A stretch of DNA of 26,430 nucleotides, from assembly GCA_964454825.1 (NCBI GenBank), contig CAYVUJ010000001.1, forward strand, positions 1 through 26,430. Reading direction: 5' to 3'. This document shows, piece by piece, positions 9,635 to 17,579 of the stretch. This DNA is from an uncultured Lachnospiraceae bacterium (GTDB taxonomy: Bacteria > Bacillota > Clostridia > Oscillospirales > CAG-272). Made by a program: the position numbers and the translations under genes. Each line of letters starts with the position of its first letter. The first letter of the stretch is position 1. The notes below the pieces were generated by a model. The model did no database searches. It worked only from the letters and a program-made list of their open reading frames with translations, and was not told the DNA's origin.

Positions 9635-9645
9635 CCGGCGTTTAC

Positions 9646-9809
9646 TAGAGCGTGTTCACACTATCCGAAATGAGCGGATTTCGAGCGGATTTTTCGTCAG
9701 ACAAGGCGAAAAATCGCCGCACTCCTTTACGGAATGCAAGATTTGACAACGCAGTATGGCGGAAAAGCCGCCGAAAGCCGCCTTTGAGCGGTAGTGTGAA
9801 CACGCTCTA
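9646..9809. mobile_element. MITE-like non-autonomous palindromic element (164 bp)
   Basis: Perfect 18-bp terminal inverted repeat TAGAGCGTGTTCACACTA (9646-9663) / TAGTGTGAACACGCTCTA (9792-9809), TA at both outer ends, imperfect complementarity through the interior, no ORF. Confidence 0.75.
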
Positions 9810-9858
9810 ATTATAAAGAATACTTTTTCGATAAGAGACCCTTGATAAGGAGATCAAA

Positions 9859-10266
9859 ATGTTACATATAATTCCGATACAGTCGAAGGATGAGCAAAAA
9901 GCTCTCGCCGAGAGGATCGGGGAGAGCTTTTCGGACGCGGCTTTCGCGTACCTTGCCGTCGATGAGGATGAGCGCGGCGAGATTACCGCCATCATCGGCT
10001 TCATGCAGTTTACGCTCGGTGAGGAGGCGGCCGAGGTGCTCTGCCTCAGGGAGTTTCCCGGCAGCCATGACACCGAGGCGATGCAGATACTCGCCCGCGC
10101 CGCGTTTTCGTTTATACACCGCGTCGGTCTGAGCATTGTCCGTGTGCCAAAGGGGGCGGCTGACGAAGAGCTGATGACTGCGCTTCGCATGCGCGATCTC
10201 ACAGACTTCTGGGAGCTTGATATTGCCGGATATTTTGCGATGAAATGCGAGGATCGACTGAAATGA
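9859..10266 (+). CDS. Hypothetical protein, possible degenerate GNAT fold
   Basis: Strong RBS aaggag, normal codon usage, ATGA coupling to glycerate kinase. The strand/helix pattern (FAYLAVD, IIGFMQFTL, AEVLCL, amphipathic helix) suggests GNAT; the fold call is inference. Confidence 0.7.
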   Translation: MLHIIPIQSKDEQKALAERIGESFSDAAFAYLAVDEDERGEITAIIGFMQFTLGEEAAEVLCLREFPGSHDTEAMQILARAAFSFIHRVGLSIVRVPKGAADEELMTALRMRDLTDFWELDIAGYFAMKCEDRLK

Positions 10267-11450
10267 CGGCTTCCAAACGCGCGCTGCGCTTCCTTGTGTG
10301 CCCGGATTCCTTCAAAGGCTCGCTCTCCTCGCCTGATATGTGCGATGCTCTCGAACGCGGTATCCTGCGTCGGCTGGGCGATGCATGTGTCCGGAAAATG
10401 CCGCTTGCCGACGGCGGCGAGGGGACTGCCGAGGCGATCTCTTCCGCACTCGGCGGAAAAAGCGTCAATGTCGGCACTGTCGATCCCTTCGGCGAACCGA
10501 TCACTGCGACGTACGAGGTGATCGATGAAAAAAGCCTCGCCGTGATCGACATGGCGGCGGCGAGTGCGCTCGCGTTTTCGAAGGCGCGGGACGATTTCGG
10601 ACGCGGCGGGATAATGAAGGCGTCCACATACGGTACAGGGCTCATGATACGTCACGCGCTCTCGCAGGGATACAGAAATATCGTCGTCGGGCTCGGCGGC
10701 AGTGCGACAAACGACGGCGGCCTTGGCGCAGCTCAGGCGCTCGGGATGAGGTTTTTCGATTCCGACGGAGCTGTGATTGATGCGCATAGTGGTGCGGCGA
10801 TGCTGTCGGAGATAGCCGCGGTGTCTGATGAGAGCCTTATGCCGGAGCTTTCAGAGTGCTCGCTCACGCTCCTCTATGATGTTGATATCCCGCTTACCGG
10901 AGAGCGCGGATGCTCTGTGAACTATGCCCCGCAGAAGGGCGCTTCAGGCGATGAGGTCGCGATCCTCGACGCGGCGATGGCGGGCTTTGCCTCTGCCGCG
11001 GCGCGTTCCCTCGGACGTGATCTGTCCGAAGAGAGCGGCGCGGGTGCCGCGGGCGGACTGGGCTTCGGGCTCTCGCTCTGCGGAGGACAGCTTCGCTTCG
11101 GCGCGCCGTTTGTGCTCGATGTCTGCGGTTTTGATGAGGCGGCGCGTGATTCCGACGTGGTGATCACCGGCGAGGGTAGGTGTGACGCACAGACAGCGAG
11201 CGGGAGGCTTCCCTCATGGGTTGCAAGACGCGCAAAGGATGCGGGGAATGCCGCTGTGGTGTGTGTATGCGGGGCGGATCGCTCCGTGAAGGGGCTCTAC
11301 GACCTCGGCGTGGACGCGGTTTTCGCGTTGGCGGACGGGCCGATGAGCTTTGAGGAGTCGACGCAGAACTGTGCTGCGCTTGCCGAGAAGCTGGCGTTCA
11401 ACGTGGCGGGTCTTGCCGCGTCGGTTGGGAGAGGAAAGTGCTTGGAGTGA
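10263..11450 (+). CDS. glxK: Glycerate kinase
   Basis: PDSFKGSL, PLADGGEGT, ASTYGTG, GLGGSATNDGG, GAGAAGGLG, VITGEG motifs. Start set at ATG 10263. Confidence 0.94.
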   Translation: MTASKRALRFLVCPDSFKGSLSSPDMCDALERGILRRLGDACVRKMPLADGGEGTAEAISSALGGKSVNVGTVDPFGEPITATYEVIDEKSLAVIDMAAASALAFSKARDDFGRGGIMKASTYGTGLMIRHALSQGYRNIVVGLGGSATNDGGLGAAQALGMRFFDSDGAVIDAHSGAAMLSEIAAVSDESLMPELSECSLTLLYDVDIPLTGERGCSVNYAPQKGASGDEVAILDAAMAGFASAAARSLGRDLSEESGAGAAGGLGFGLSLCGGQLRFGAPFVLDVCGFDEAARDSDVVITGEGRCDAQTASGRLPSWVARRAKDAGNAAVVCVCGADRSVKGLYDLGVDAVFALADGPMSFEESTQNCAALAEKLAFNVAGLAASVGRGKCLE

Positions 11451-11554
11451 TGGAAATGTCCGGAGCGGGAGCTTCGCGGCGCCGACCGGGCGAGGGAAGT
11501 GCTCAAGGTGACGTTTTTTCCACGACGCGCCTGCATTGTCTATGATAAACCAAA

Positions 11555-11588
11555 AACAGAGAGGTCATCCGATAATGACCTCTCTGTT
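11555..11588. terminator. Bidirectional intrinsic terminator between convergent glxK and P-type ATPase
   Basis: Perfect 14-bp stem AACAGAGAGGTCAT / ATGACCTCTCTGTT with a 6-nt loop; A-tract before and T-rich tract after. Confidence 0.8.
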
Positions 11589-11682
11589 ATTTTCAATTTA
11601 CAGCACCACGGTATCCACGCACATGTGCCCCAAGACCGCTGTTTTTGCGCGCTGTGCGATTCGGCTTCGATTTCGCATTGCC

Positions 11683-13575
11683 TCAATCCCGTTTGATCAG
11701 CGTGCGGGAGGCGTTGAGCGTGGCAATGACCATGACTCCCACGTCCGCAAAGACCGCAAGCCACATGTTCGCAAGCCCGAGCGCGCCGAGAAGGAGTATC
11801 GCTCCCTTCACGCCGAGCGCGAAGATCACGTTTTCCCACACGATCCTGATGGTGCGGCGGGCGAGCTTTATCGCCTTGACGACGTCCGCGGGGCGGTCGT
11901 TCATCAGCACCACATCCGCCGCCTCGATCGCAACGTCGCTTCCGAGCGCACCCATGGCGATCCCGATATCCGCGCGGCTCAGCACAGGTGCGTCGTTGAT
12001 CCCGTCGCCGACAAAGGCGACGCTCCCGACTCCGGAGTGCTTTCTTTCGAGAATCTTCTCGATATGTGTGACCTTGTCCTTCGGCAGAAGCCCTGCATGG
12101 TATGAATCAAGACCGACAGTGTCCGACACAAGCTTCGCATTCTGCTCGCTGTCGCCGGAGAGCATCATGATCTGCTTTATACCGATCGAGCGCAGTCCCT
12201 TCACCGCGTCGGCGGAGCCTTCTTTGATCTGATCCTCGATCACGATGTGCCCCGCGTAGACTCCGTTCTTTGCCACATGGATCACATGACCGCCGCGGTG
12301 GCAGTCGTGCCATGCGGCACCGACCTTCTCCATGAGACGCACATTGCCCACGGCGATCTTACATCCGTCGACTGCGGCGATCACGCCGAGTCCCGCCTCC
12401 TCCGTTATCTCGCCGATGCGCGTGTTGTCGATATCGCTGCCATGAGCACGGACGATCGACTCGGCGATCGGATGAACGCTGTGGCTTTCCGCGAGCGCGG
12501 CGAGGTCAAGAAGCTCAGCCTCGCTCACACTTTCGGGGTGGATCGCGCTCACTTCAAAGCACCCTTGGGTCAGTGTACCCGTCTTGTCGAACACTACACA
12601 GCCTACCTTGGCAAGCGTCTCCATGTAGTTTGCACCCTTGATCAGAATGCCGCGGCGGCTCGCTCCGCCTATTGCGCCGAAGAACGAAAGCGGGACGGAC
12701 ACGACCAGTGCGCACGGACATGACACTACAAGGAAGATCAGCGCGCGGCGGATCCACGCTCCCCACACTGCCGCATCAGACATGCCGAGAAAGAGCGGAG
12801 GCACAAGTGCGAGAAGCAGTGCGCCGATGACGACGGCGGGGGTGTATACGCGGGCGAATTTTGTGATGAAGTTCTCGGTTTTTGCCTTCTTTTCGGAGGA
12901 GCACTCGACAAGCTCGAGCACCTTTGAAACCGTCGATTCGGCGTAGGTGCCGGTGACTTTGATCCTGATAAGCCCTGTCAGGTTCACACTGCCGCTGATG
13001 ACTGCGTCGCCCTCGGCGACATCTCTCGGAACGCTCTCTCCCGTGAGCGCGGCGGTGTTGACCGAAGAGCGTCCCGATACAATGATGCCGTCAAGCGGTA
13101 TCTTGTCGCCCGGTCGGCATTCCACGAGCTCACCGGCTGTGACTTCGTCCGGTGAGAGCTCGACGCACTGTTCGTTGCGTATTACCCGGGCGATGTCGGG
13201 ACGTATGTCCATAAGCTCCGAGATCGCTCGGCGGCTTTGACCGACGGCGATGCTCTGGAACAGTTCGCCAACCTGATAGAAGAGCATGACGAACGTCGCC
13301 TCCGGATATTCTGCCACGATGAATGCGCCGACAGTTGCCACTGACATCAGGAAATTCTCGTCGAATACCTGCCCGCGCGCTATGTTTCTCGCCGCCCGCA
13401 GGAGTACGTCGTATCCGCAGATGAGGTATGGTATCAAAAACAGAGCGAGGCTTGCAATGTGCGGGAGTTCTGTGAACTCTGTCACAGTCCACACCGCGCC
13501 CATCGCGAGTGCGGAGGCGATGATACGTATGAGATTTCTTCGCTGTTTTTTGGTCAGCTTTTGTTTTGTATTCAT
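11683..13575 (-). CDS. cadA: Heavy-metal (Zn/Cd-type, P1B) translocating P-type ATPase lacking an N-terminal metal-binding domain
   Basis: TGES, SCPC, DKTGT phosphorylation site, HP, GDGINDAP; own RBS (gagg). Substrate inferred from family motifs. Confidence 0.93.
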   Translation of the reverse strand: MNTKQKLTKKQRRNLIRIIASALAMGAVWTVTEFTELPHIASLALFLIPYLICGYDVLLRAARNIARGQVFDENFLMSVATVGAFIVAEYPEATFVMLFYQVGELFQSIAVGQSRRAISELMDIRPDIARVIRNEQCVELSPDEVTAGELVECRPGDKIPLDGIIVSGRSSVNTAALTGESVPRDVAEGDAVISGSVNLTGLIRIKVTGTYAESTVSKVLELVECSSEKKAKTENFITKFARVYTPAVVIGALLLALVPPLFLGMSDAAVWGAWIRRALIFLVVSCPCALVVSVPLSFFGAIGGASRRGILIKGANYMETLAKVGCVVFDKTGTLTQGCFEVSAIHPESVSEAELLDLAALAESHSVHPIAESIVRAHGSDIDNTRIGEITEEAGLGVIAAVDGCKIAVGNVRLMEKVGAAWHDCHRGGHVIHVAKNGVYAGHIVIEDQIKEGSADAVKGLRSIGIKQIMMLSGDSEQNAKLVSDTVGLDSYHAGLLPKDKVTHIEKILERKHSGVGSVAFVGDGINDAPVLSRADIGIAMGALGSDVAIEAADVVLMNDRPADVVKAIKLARRTIRIVWENVIFALGVKGAILLLGALGLANMWLAVFADVGVMVIATLNASRTLIKRD

Positions 13576-13600
13576 AGCGCCGGACCTCGTTTGTTCTTAT

Positions 13601-13813
13601 TTAAAGAGAAATAACTGCGTCGAATTTTTTAGCTTCCTTTACAGCCGCTTTCATGATCGCGTCAAACTCGTCCTCGTTTGCCTCTACCGTCAGCCTCTGT
13701 GCGATGAAGTTGACGGATGCGTTTTCGACTCCTTTGATGCCCTTGAGTGCAAGCTCAAGCTTAGCGGCGCAGTTGGGGCAGTCCAGATCCTCGATTGTGA
13801 ATGTCTTTTTCAT
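13601..13813 (-). CDS. Stand-alone heavy-metal-associated (HMA) domain protein
   Basis: DLDCPNCAAKLE CxxC motif and HMA pattern; RBS aaaggag; own stop codon before the ATPase. Confidence 0.88.
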   Translation of the reverse strand: MKKTFTIEDLDCPNCAAKLELALKGIKGVENASVNFIAQRLTVEANEDEFDAIMKAAVKEAKKFDAVISL

Positions 13814-13865
13814 GATTTTTTCTCCTTTTGAATATAATTGGAATATATTTTTTTGACTTAAAATA

Positions 13866-14201
13866 TTACTCGCCCTCTGTTATGTGATCAAAGCCCTGTG
13901 CAATGATCAGGCGGACATGATCGTCCGCGAGGGAATATTCGACCGTCTTGCCCTTTCTGTGGGATGCGACAAGATCGTTCTTTTTCAATACCGCAAGCTG
14001 ATGCGAGATCGCGCTCTGGGTCATCCCGAGCAGCTCCGCGATCGCGCAGACGCACATTTCGGACTCAAACAGCGCATACAGTATCTTTATCCTTGTCGAA
14101 TCCGAGAACACCTTGAACAGATCAGCAAGGTCTGTCAGTACCTCGTCGCTGGGCAGGTCCGAACGTACGTTTTCGAGAAGCTTTGTGTGATCGTGCTTCA
14201 T
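13866..14201 (-). CDS. ArsR/SmtB family metal-sensing repressor (CadC/CzrA-like)
   Basis: FKVFSDSTRIKIL, EMCVCA, TQSAISHQL helix-turn-helix, complete alpha5 site D-x-H-x10-H-x2-E (DDHVRLIIAQGFDHITE); RBS ggagg. Confidence 0.93.
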   Translation of the reverse strand: MKHDHTKLLENVRSDLPSDEVLTDLADLFKVFSDSTRIKILYALFESEMCVCAIAELLGMTQSAISHQLAVLKKNDLVASHRKGKTVEYSLADDHVRLIIAQGFDHITEGE

Positions 14202-14213
14202 GTGAGCCTCCGT

Positions 14214-14262
14214 TCATATGAATCTGTGATCATATGATAACACATTCATATGTACTTGTCAA
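14214..14262 (-). promoter_or_regulatory. SigmaA promoter and ArsR/SmtB operator of the metal-efflux operon
   Basis: On the minus strand TTGACA (14257-14262) - 17 nt - TATCAT (14234-14239). CATATG palindromes at 14215, 14231 and 14247 overlap the -10 and start region. Confidence 0.82.
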
Positions 14263-14329
14263 TAGGGTGTGATAAAAAAAGTGAAAAAAACGAAAGTTCT
14301 TTTTCAAAAAAGGTTTTTTCGGCTTTTTA

Positions 14330-14358
14330 TTGACTTAAAGAGGCGGCGGGAGTATAAT
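14330..14358 (+). promoter_or_regulatory. SigmaA promoter for the PHP gene pair
   Basis: TTGACT (14330-14335) - 17 nt - TATAAT (14353-14358), preceded by A/T tracts (about 14274-14328). Confidence 0.8.
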
Positions 14359-14413
14359 CTACTAAAGTGTGTTTTTATTCACTTATTTTAAGGAAAGGCA
14401 AGTCGCAGGATAA

Positions 14414-15103
14414 ATGAAATTCAAGACTGAGCTCCACTGTCACACGAAGGAGATTTCTCCTTGTTCAAATGAATCGTTTGAAGAAGCGGTGGAAAAATAC
14501 ATAAAACACGGTTACACCACGCTGGTGATCACAAATCACGCACGTGCGTGGGATTTTGAGGTCAACATTCCGGGTAACACGTGGGAAGAGAAGGTGTACG
14601 AATACTTTGCCGTTGCCGACCGTGCGCACAAAGCGGCAGGCGGAAAGCTCAACGTGTTGTGCGGCATGGAGATAATGTTTGATAACGACCCGAACGACTA
14701 TCTCCTGTACGGTGTGGATCCTGAAAAGTTCTGTCCTGTTCCGGACTACCATAAGATGGGCTTGGCGGAATTCCACAAATACGCTTCGGAGAACGGCTTT
14801 GTCATTATTCAGGCGCACCCGATGCGCTTCGGAATTGTATGTGCACCGCCTGAGATGCTCGACGGATACGAGATATTGAACGGAACGGTCGAGGTTTCCC
14901 ATAACCGTATCGCTGAGGCGTGGGGAAGGCAGTTTGAGGGTCAAGGGCTTATCCTGACCTCCGGCTCCGACAGTCACCGTAAGGAGGAAAAGAAGCCGAA
15001 TGCCGGAATCCTTACAGATGAACCGATCACCTCAAACGATCAGCTTCTTGCAGTGCTGAAGAGCGGAAGCTACGAGCTTATCCGTCCCGAAGGTGAGCAT
15101 TGA
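14414..15103 (+). CDS. PHP domain metal-dependent phosphoesterase (paralogue 1)
   Basis: ELHCHT, ITNH, GME, QAHP, SGSDSH metal-ligand motifs; RBS ggaaagg. Confidence 0.88.
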   Translation: MKFKTELHCHTKEISPCSNESFEEAVEKYIKHGYTTLVITNHARAWDFEVNIPGNTWEEKVYEYFAVADRAHKAAGGKLNVLCGMEIMFDNDPNDYLLYGVDPEKFCPVPDYHKMGLAEFHKYASENGFVIIQAHPMRFGIVCAPPEMLDGYEILNGTVEVSHNRIAEAWGRQFEGQGLILTSGSDSHRKEEKKPNAGILTDEPITSNDQLLAVLKSGSYELIRPEGEH

Positions 15104-15128
15104 ATGTAACAGAACTTGGAGAACCGAT

Positions 15129-15836
15129 ATGAACGAAAGAATTTATAAAACAGAGCTTCACTGCCATACGAGTGAAATGTCCCCCTGCTCGCAGGAGGGC
15201 CCGGAGGAGGTAGTAAAGAAATACGTTGACGCCGGATACACCTCTCTTGTGATAACGAATCATTTCACGGCGGATCTGTGCTACTGGCGCGTCCCGGGAG
15301 ATACCTTCCGCGAAAAGGTTGACGCGTATTTTGATGCGATCGAGCATGTGCGCGAGGCGGCGGGCGATCAGCTTAACATCATCGACGGAATGGAGATCAC
15401 CTTCAGGGAGTGGCGCAACGATTATCTTGTGTTCGGTGCGCGCCGCGATCTTTTCTACGATATCGAGGATGTTTTCGACATGGGATATCAGAATTTTTAC
15501 AAGTACGCCGACGAGCACGGGATGCTTTTCGTGCAGGCGCATCCGTTCCGCTTTTGGATATCTCACTGCGATCCGCGTTTTCTCCACGGGATCGAGGTGT
15601 TCAACGGACATAAGGGGCATCAATCACATAACAATATCTCCGAGCTTTGGGCAGAGTATTTCAGTGAAGAGAATCTGATACTCACCTCCGGCACGGACAA
15701 TCACCATACATGGCAGACTCCGACAGGCGGGATTCTCGCCGCAGAGCCGATCAGGACGAACGATCAGCTTCTCGGGGTGCTAAAGAGCGGAGAGTATGAC
15801 ATCATCCGCACGCCGCTCGTTGACGCTGAACACTGA
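15129..15836 (+). CDS. PHP domain metal-dependent phosphoesterase (paralogue 2)
   Basis: ELHCHT, ITNH, GME, QAHP, SGTDNH; colinear with paralogue 1. Start set at ATG 15129 behind ggag. Confidence 0.88.
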   Translation: MNERIYKTELHCHTSEMSPCSQEGPEEVVKKYVDAGYTSLVITNHFTADLCYWRVPGDTFREKVDAYFDAIEHVREAAGDQLNIIDGMEITFREWRNDYLVFGARRDLFYDIEDVFDMGYQNFYKYADEHGMLFVQAHPFRFWISHCDPRFLHGIEVFNGHKGHQSHNNISELWAEYFSEENLILTSGTDNHHTWQTPTGGILAAEPIRTNDQLLGVLKSGEYDIIRTPLVDAEH

Positions 15837-16033
15837 AAGCGCGCCGGCGGCACGCCGGTGCGAAGCGTGCGCGTTTGCAGTCCGGATCGCAAAACGTTTG
15901 CGGTCCGGACCGCGCAATAAGGAAGTTTTTTTAATGTTTCGCCCGGAATCGCCGGGCGGGGAATACCTGTGTGCAATTTTGTAAATAATAATATGCGGCG
16001 TATTCTTCGCCGCATACGGGAGGAGGCGGCGTC

Positions 16034-17575
16034 GTGACATTCGAGGAGAGATTTCTTGACAGCGCAAAGGCTCTGTTGTTTCACGATCCTTTACCGTTTT
16101 GCGGTGTACAGTCATCCGGCGACATACGGTCATCTCATGACACGCAGTCATCTGATGACCCACAGCCGTCGCGCGGCGTTCCTTCGCTTCACGATGTCCT
16201 TTCTGAGGCCGACACAGTAGTCGCCGGGTTTTCGGGAGGCGCGGATTCCACTGTGCTTCTGTGGCTTCTCACAAAATTTTATGCAAACGCCGATATCCGT
16301 GCGATCCACATCAATCATATGATCCGCGGAGAGATGGCCGAGCGCGATGAGGCGCACTGCCGCGCTTTCTGCGAAAAAATGGGGATTCCCCTTGAGGTGC
16401 GGCGTATCGACGTGCCCGCCCTTGCCGCTGAGCGCCGTGACGGGCTTGAACAGGCGGCGCGTGAGGCGAGGTATGCGGCATTTGACGAGTATCTCGCGGA
16501 TATAGGCGGCGACCGGACGTATCTTTGTACGGCACACAACGCCGACGACAATCTGGAGACGGTGATATTTAACCTCATCCGCGGAAGCGGCGCGAGGGGA
16601 ATGGGCGGGATCGCTCCGTGCAGGGGAAGGATCCTGCGGCCCATGCTTGGTCTGAGCGGGGCGCAGATCAGGGAGTTTGCCGCGCAGGCCGGGCTTGACG
16701 TTGTCTTTGACGAGACCAACGCCGACGTGCGCTACACACGAAATCTGATCCGCAGCGAGGTGATCCCGCTTCTTCGTCAGATCGCCCCGGAGTGTGCGAT
16801 CTCGGCGGCGGCGGCCAGCGCTCTTATCCGGCGGGATGACGCTTTTATCGCTGCCCTTGCGTCGCAGACAGTGGCCGGCCGCACTGCCGTGCCGCTCAGT
16901 GAGCTTCGCTTACTTGACGATGTGGTGCTCTCCCGCGCGCTCCTCGAAATGTACAGTGCGAGGCGGGGGGAGCGCACGGACTTCGGCTCTGTGCATATCT
17001 CAGACTGTATCCGCCTCATACGTGAGAACGGACGCGGGGAGATATGTCTCCCCGGTGCATTCAGCATGTATGTCACGGACGGCGAGGTCAGCTTTGCACG
17101 CACGTGCCGCGAGCACCCAAAGCCCTCGTTCGAGCACGTCATCCTGTGCCCCGGAGAGATGTCAGATCCCGGTGCGGCGGAGTGCTCACAAGGTCAAGAT
17201 CCATTCTCACGGATACTTGATTTCCCAGACGATGGCTTTTGCATCGCTGTGGAGGACCCTCGGGGCAGCGGTGTTGCCAAATCTTCCGAAAATTTCCTCC
17301 CATGGAAAAATATTTACAAAAAATCTATACATGCCACAATAGGATTTGGTAAAATAAAAGGAACTATGGTTGCCAGAAACCGCCGCGCGGGTGATACGAT
17401 TCTGTTTTGCGGGATGAGCCGGAAGCTCAAAAAGCTTCTCTGTGACAAAAAGATTCCCGACCGGGATCATCTTCCCGTGATATGTGTTGACGACGGGGTA
17501 CTTTTTGTCCCCGGAATCGGAGTGCGTGACGGCGTATATGACAAGGACGGTTTGCGTATTACTGTGTGGAGGTAA
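16034..17575 (+). CDS. tilS: tRNA(Ile)-lysidine synthetase
   Basis: SGGADS, HINHMIRG, AREARY, TAHNADDNLET, RPML, RNLIR and C-terminal RKLKKLL; GTG start with RBS ggaggagg. Confidence 0.94.
   Translation: MTFEERFLDSAKALLFHDPLPFCGVQSSGDIRSSHDTQSSDDPQPSRGVPSLHDVLSEADTVVAGFSGGADSTVLLWLLTKFYANADIRAIHINHMIRGEMAERDEAHCRAFCEKMGIPLEVRRIDVPALAAERRDGLEQAAREARYAAFDEYLADIGGDRTYLCTAHNADDNLETVIFNLIRGSGARGMGGIAPCRGRILRPMLGLSGAQIREFAAQAGLDVVFDETNADVRYTRNLIRSEVIPLLRQIAPECAISAAAASALIRRDDAFIAALASQTVAGRTAVPLSELRLLDDVVLSRALLEMYSARRGERTDFGSVHISDCIRLIRENGRGEICLPGAFSMYVTDGEVSFARTCREHPKPSFEHVILCPGEMSDPGAAECSQGQDPFSRILDFPDDGFCIAVEDPRGSGVAKSSENFLPWKNIYKKSIHATIGFGKIKGTMVARNRRAGDTILFCGMSRKLKKLLCDKKIPDRDHLPVICVDDGVLFVPGIGVRDGVYDKDGLRITVWR
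16109..16180 (+). repeat. Degenerate 18-bp tandem repeat (3-4 units) inside the tilS 5' region
   Basis: cagtcatccggcgacata / cggtcatctcatgacacg / cagtcatctgatgaccca / cagccgtcgcgcggcgtt, encoding QSSGDI-RSSHDT-QSSDDP-QPSRGV. Confidence 0.75.
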
Positions 17576-17579
17576 TGCT

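Noticed and set aside
9743-9771. TTGACA inside the MITE as an outward promoter
   Set aside because: No -10-like hexamer 16-18 nt downstream.
9635-9812. Integron attC site after the low-GC gene
   Set aside because: Lacks RYYYAAC/GTTRRRY core sites; the perfect TIRs fit a MITE better; no integrase in the window.
11536-12232. Plus-strand ORFs (189, 195 aa) overlapping the ATPase 3' end
   Set aside because: They start in the terminator region, run antisense to cadA and lack an RBS or motifs.
17313-17340. Possible internal promoter in tilS (TTTACA-N16-CACAAT) for hpt-ftsH
   Set aside because: Imperfect hexamers within an AT-rich, Lys/Ile-coding stretch; cannot be separated from coding constraint.
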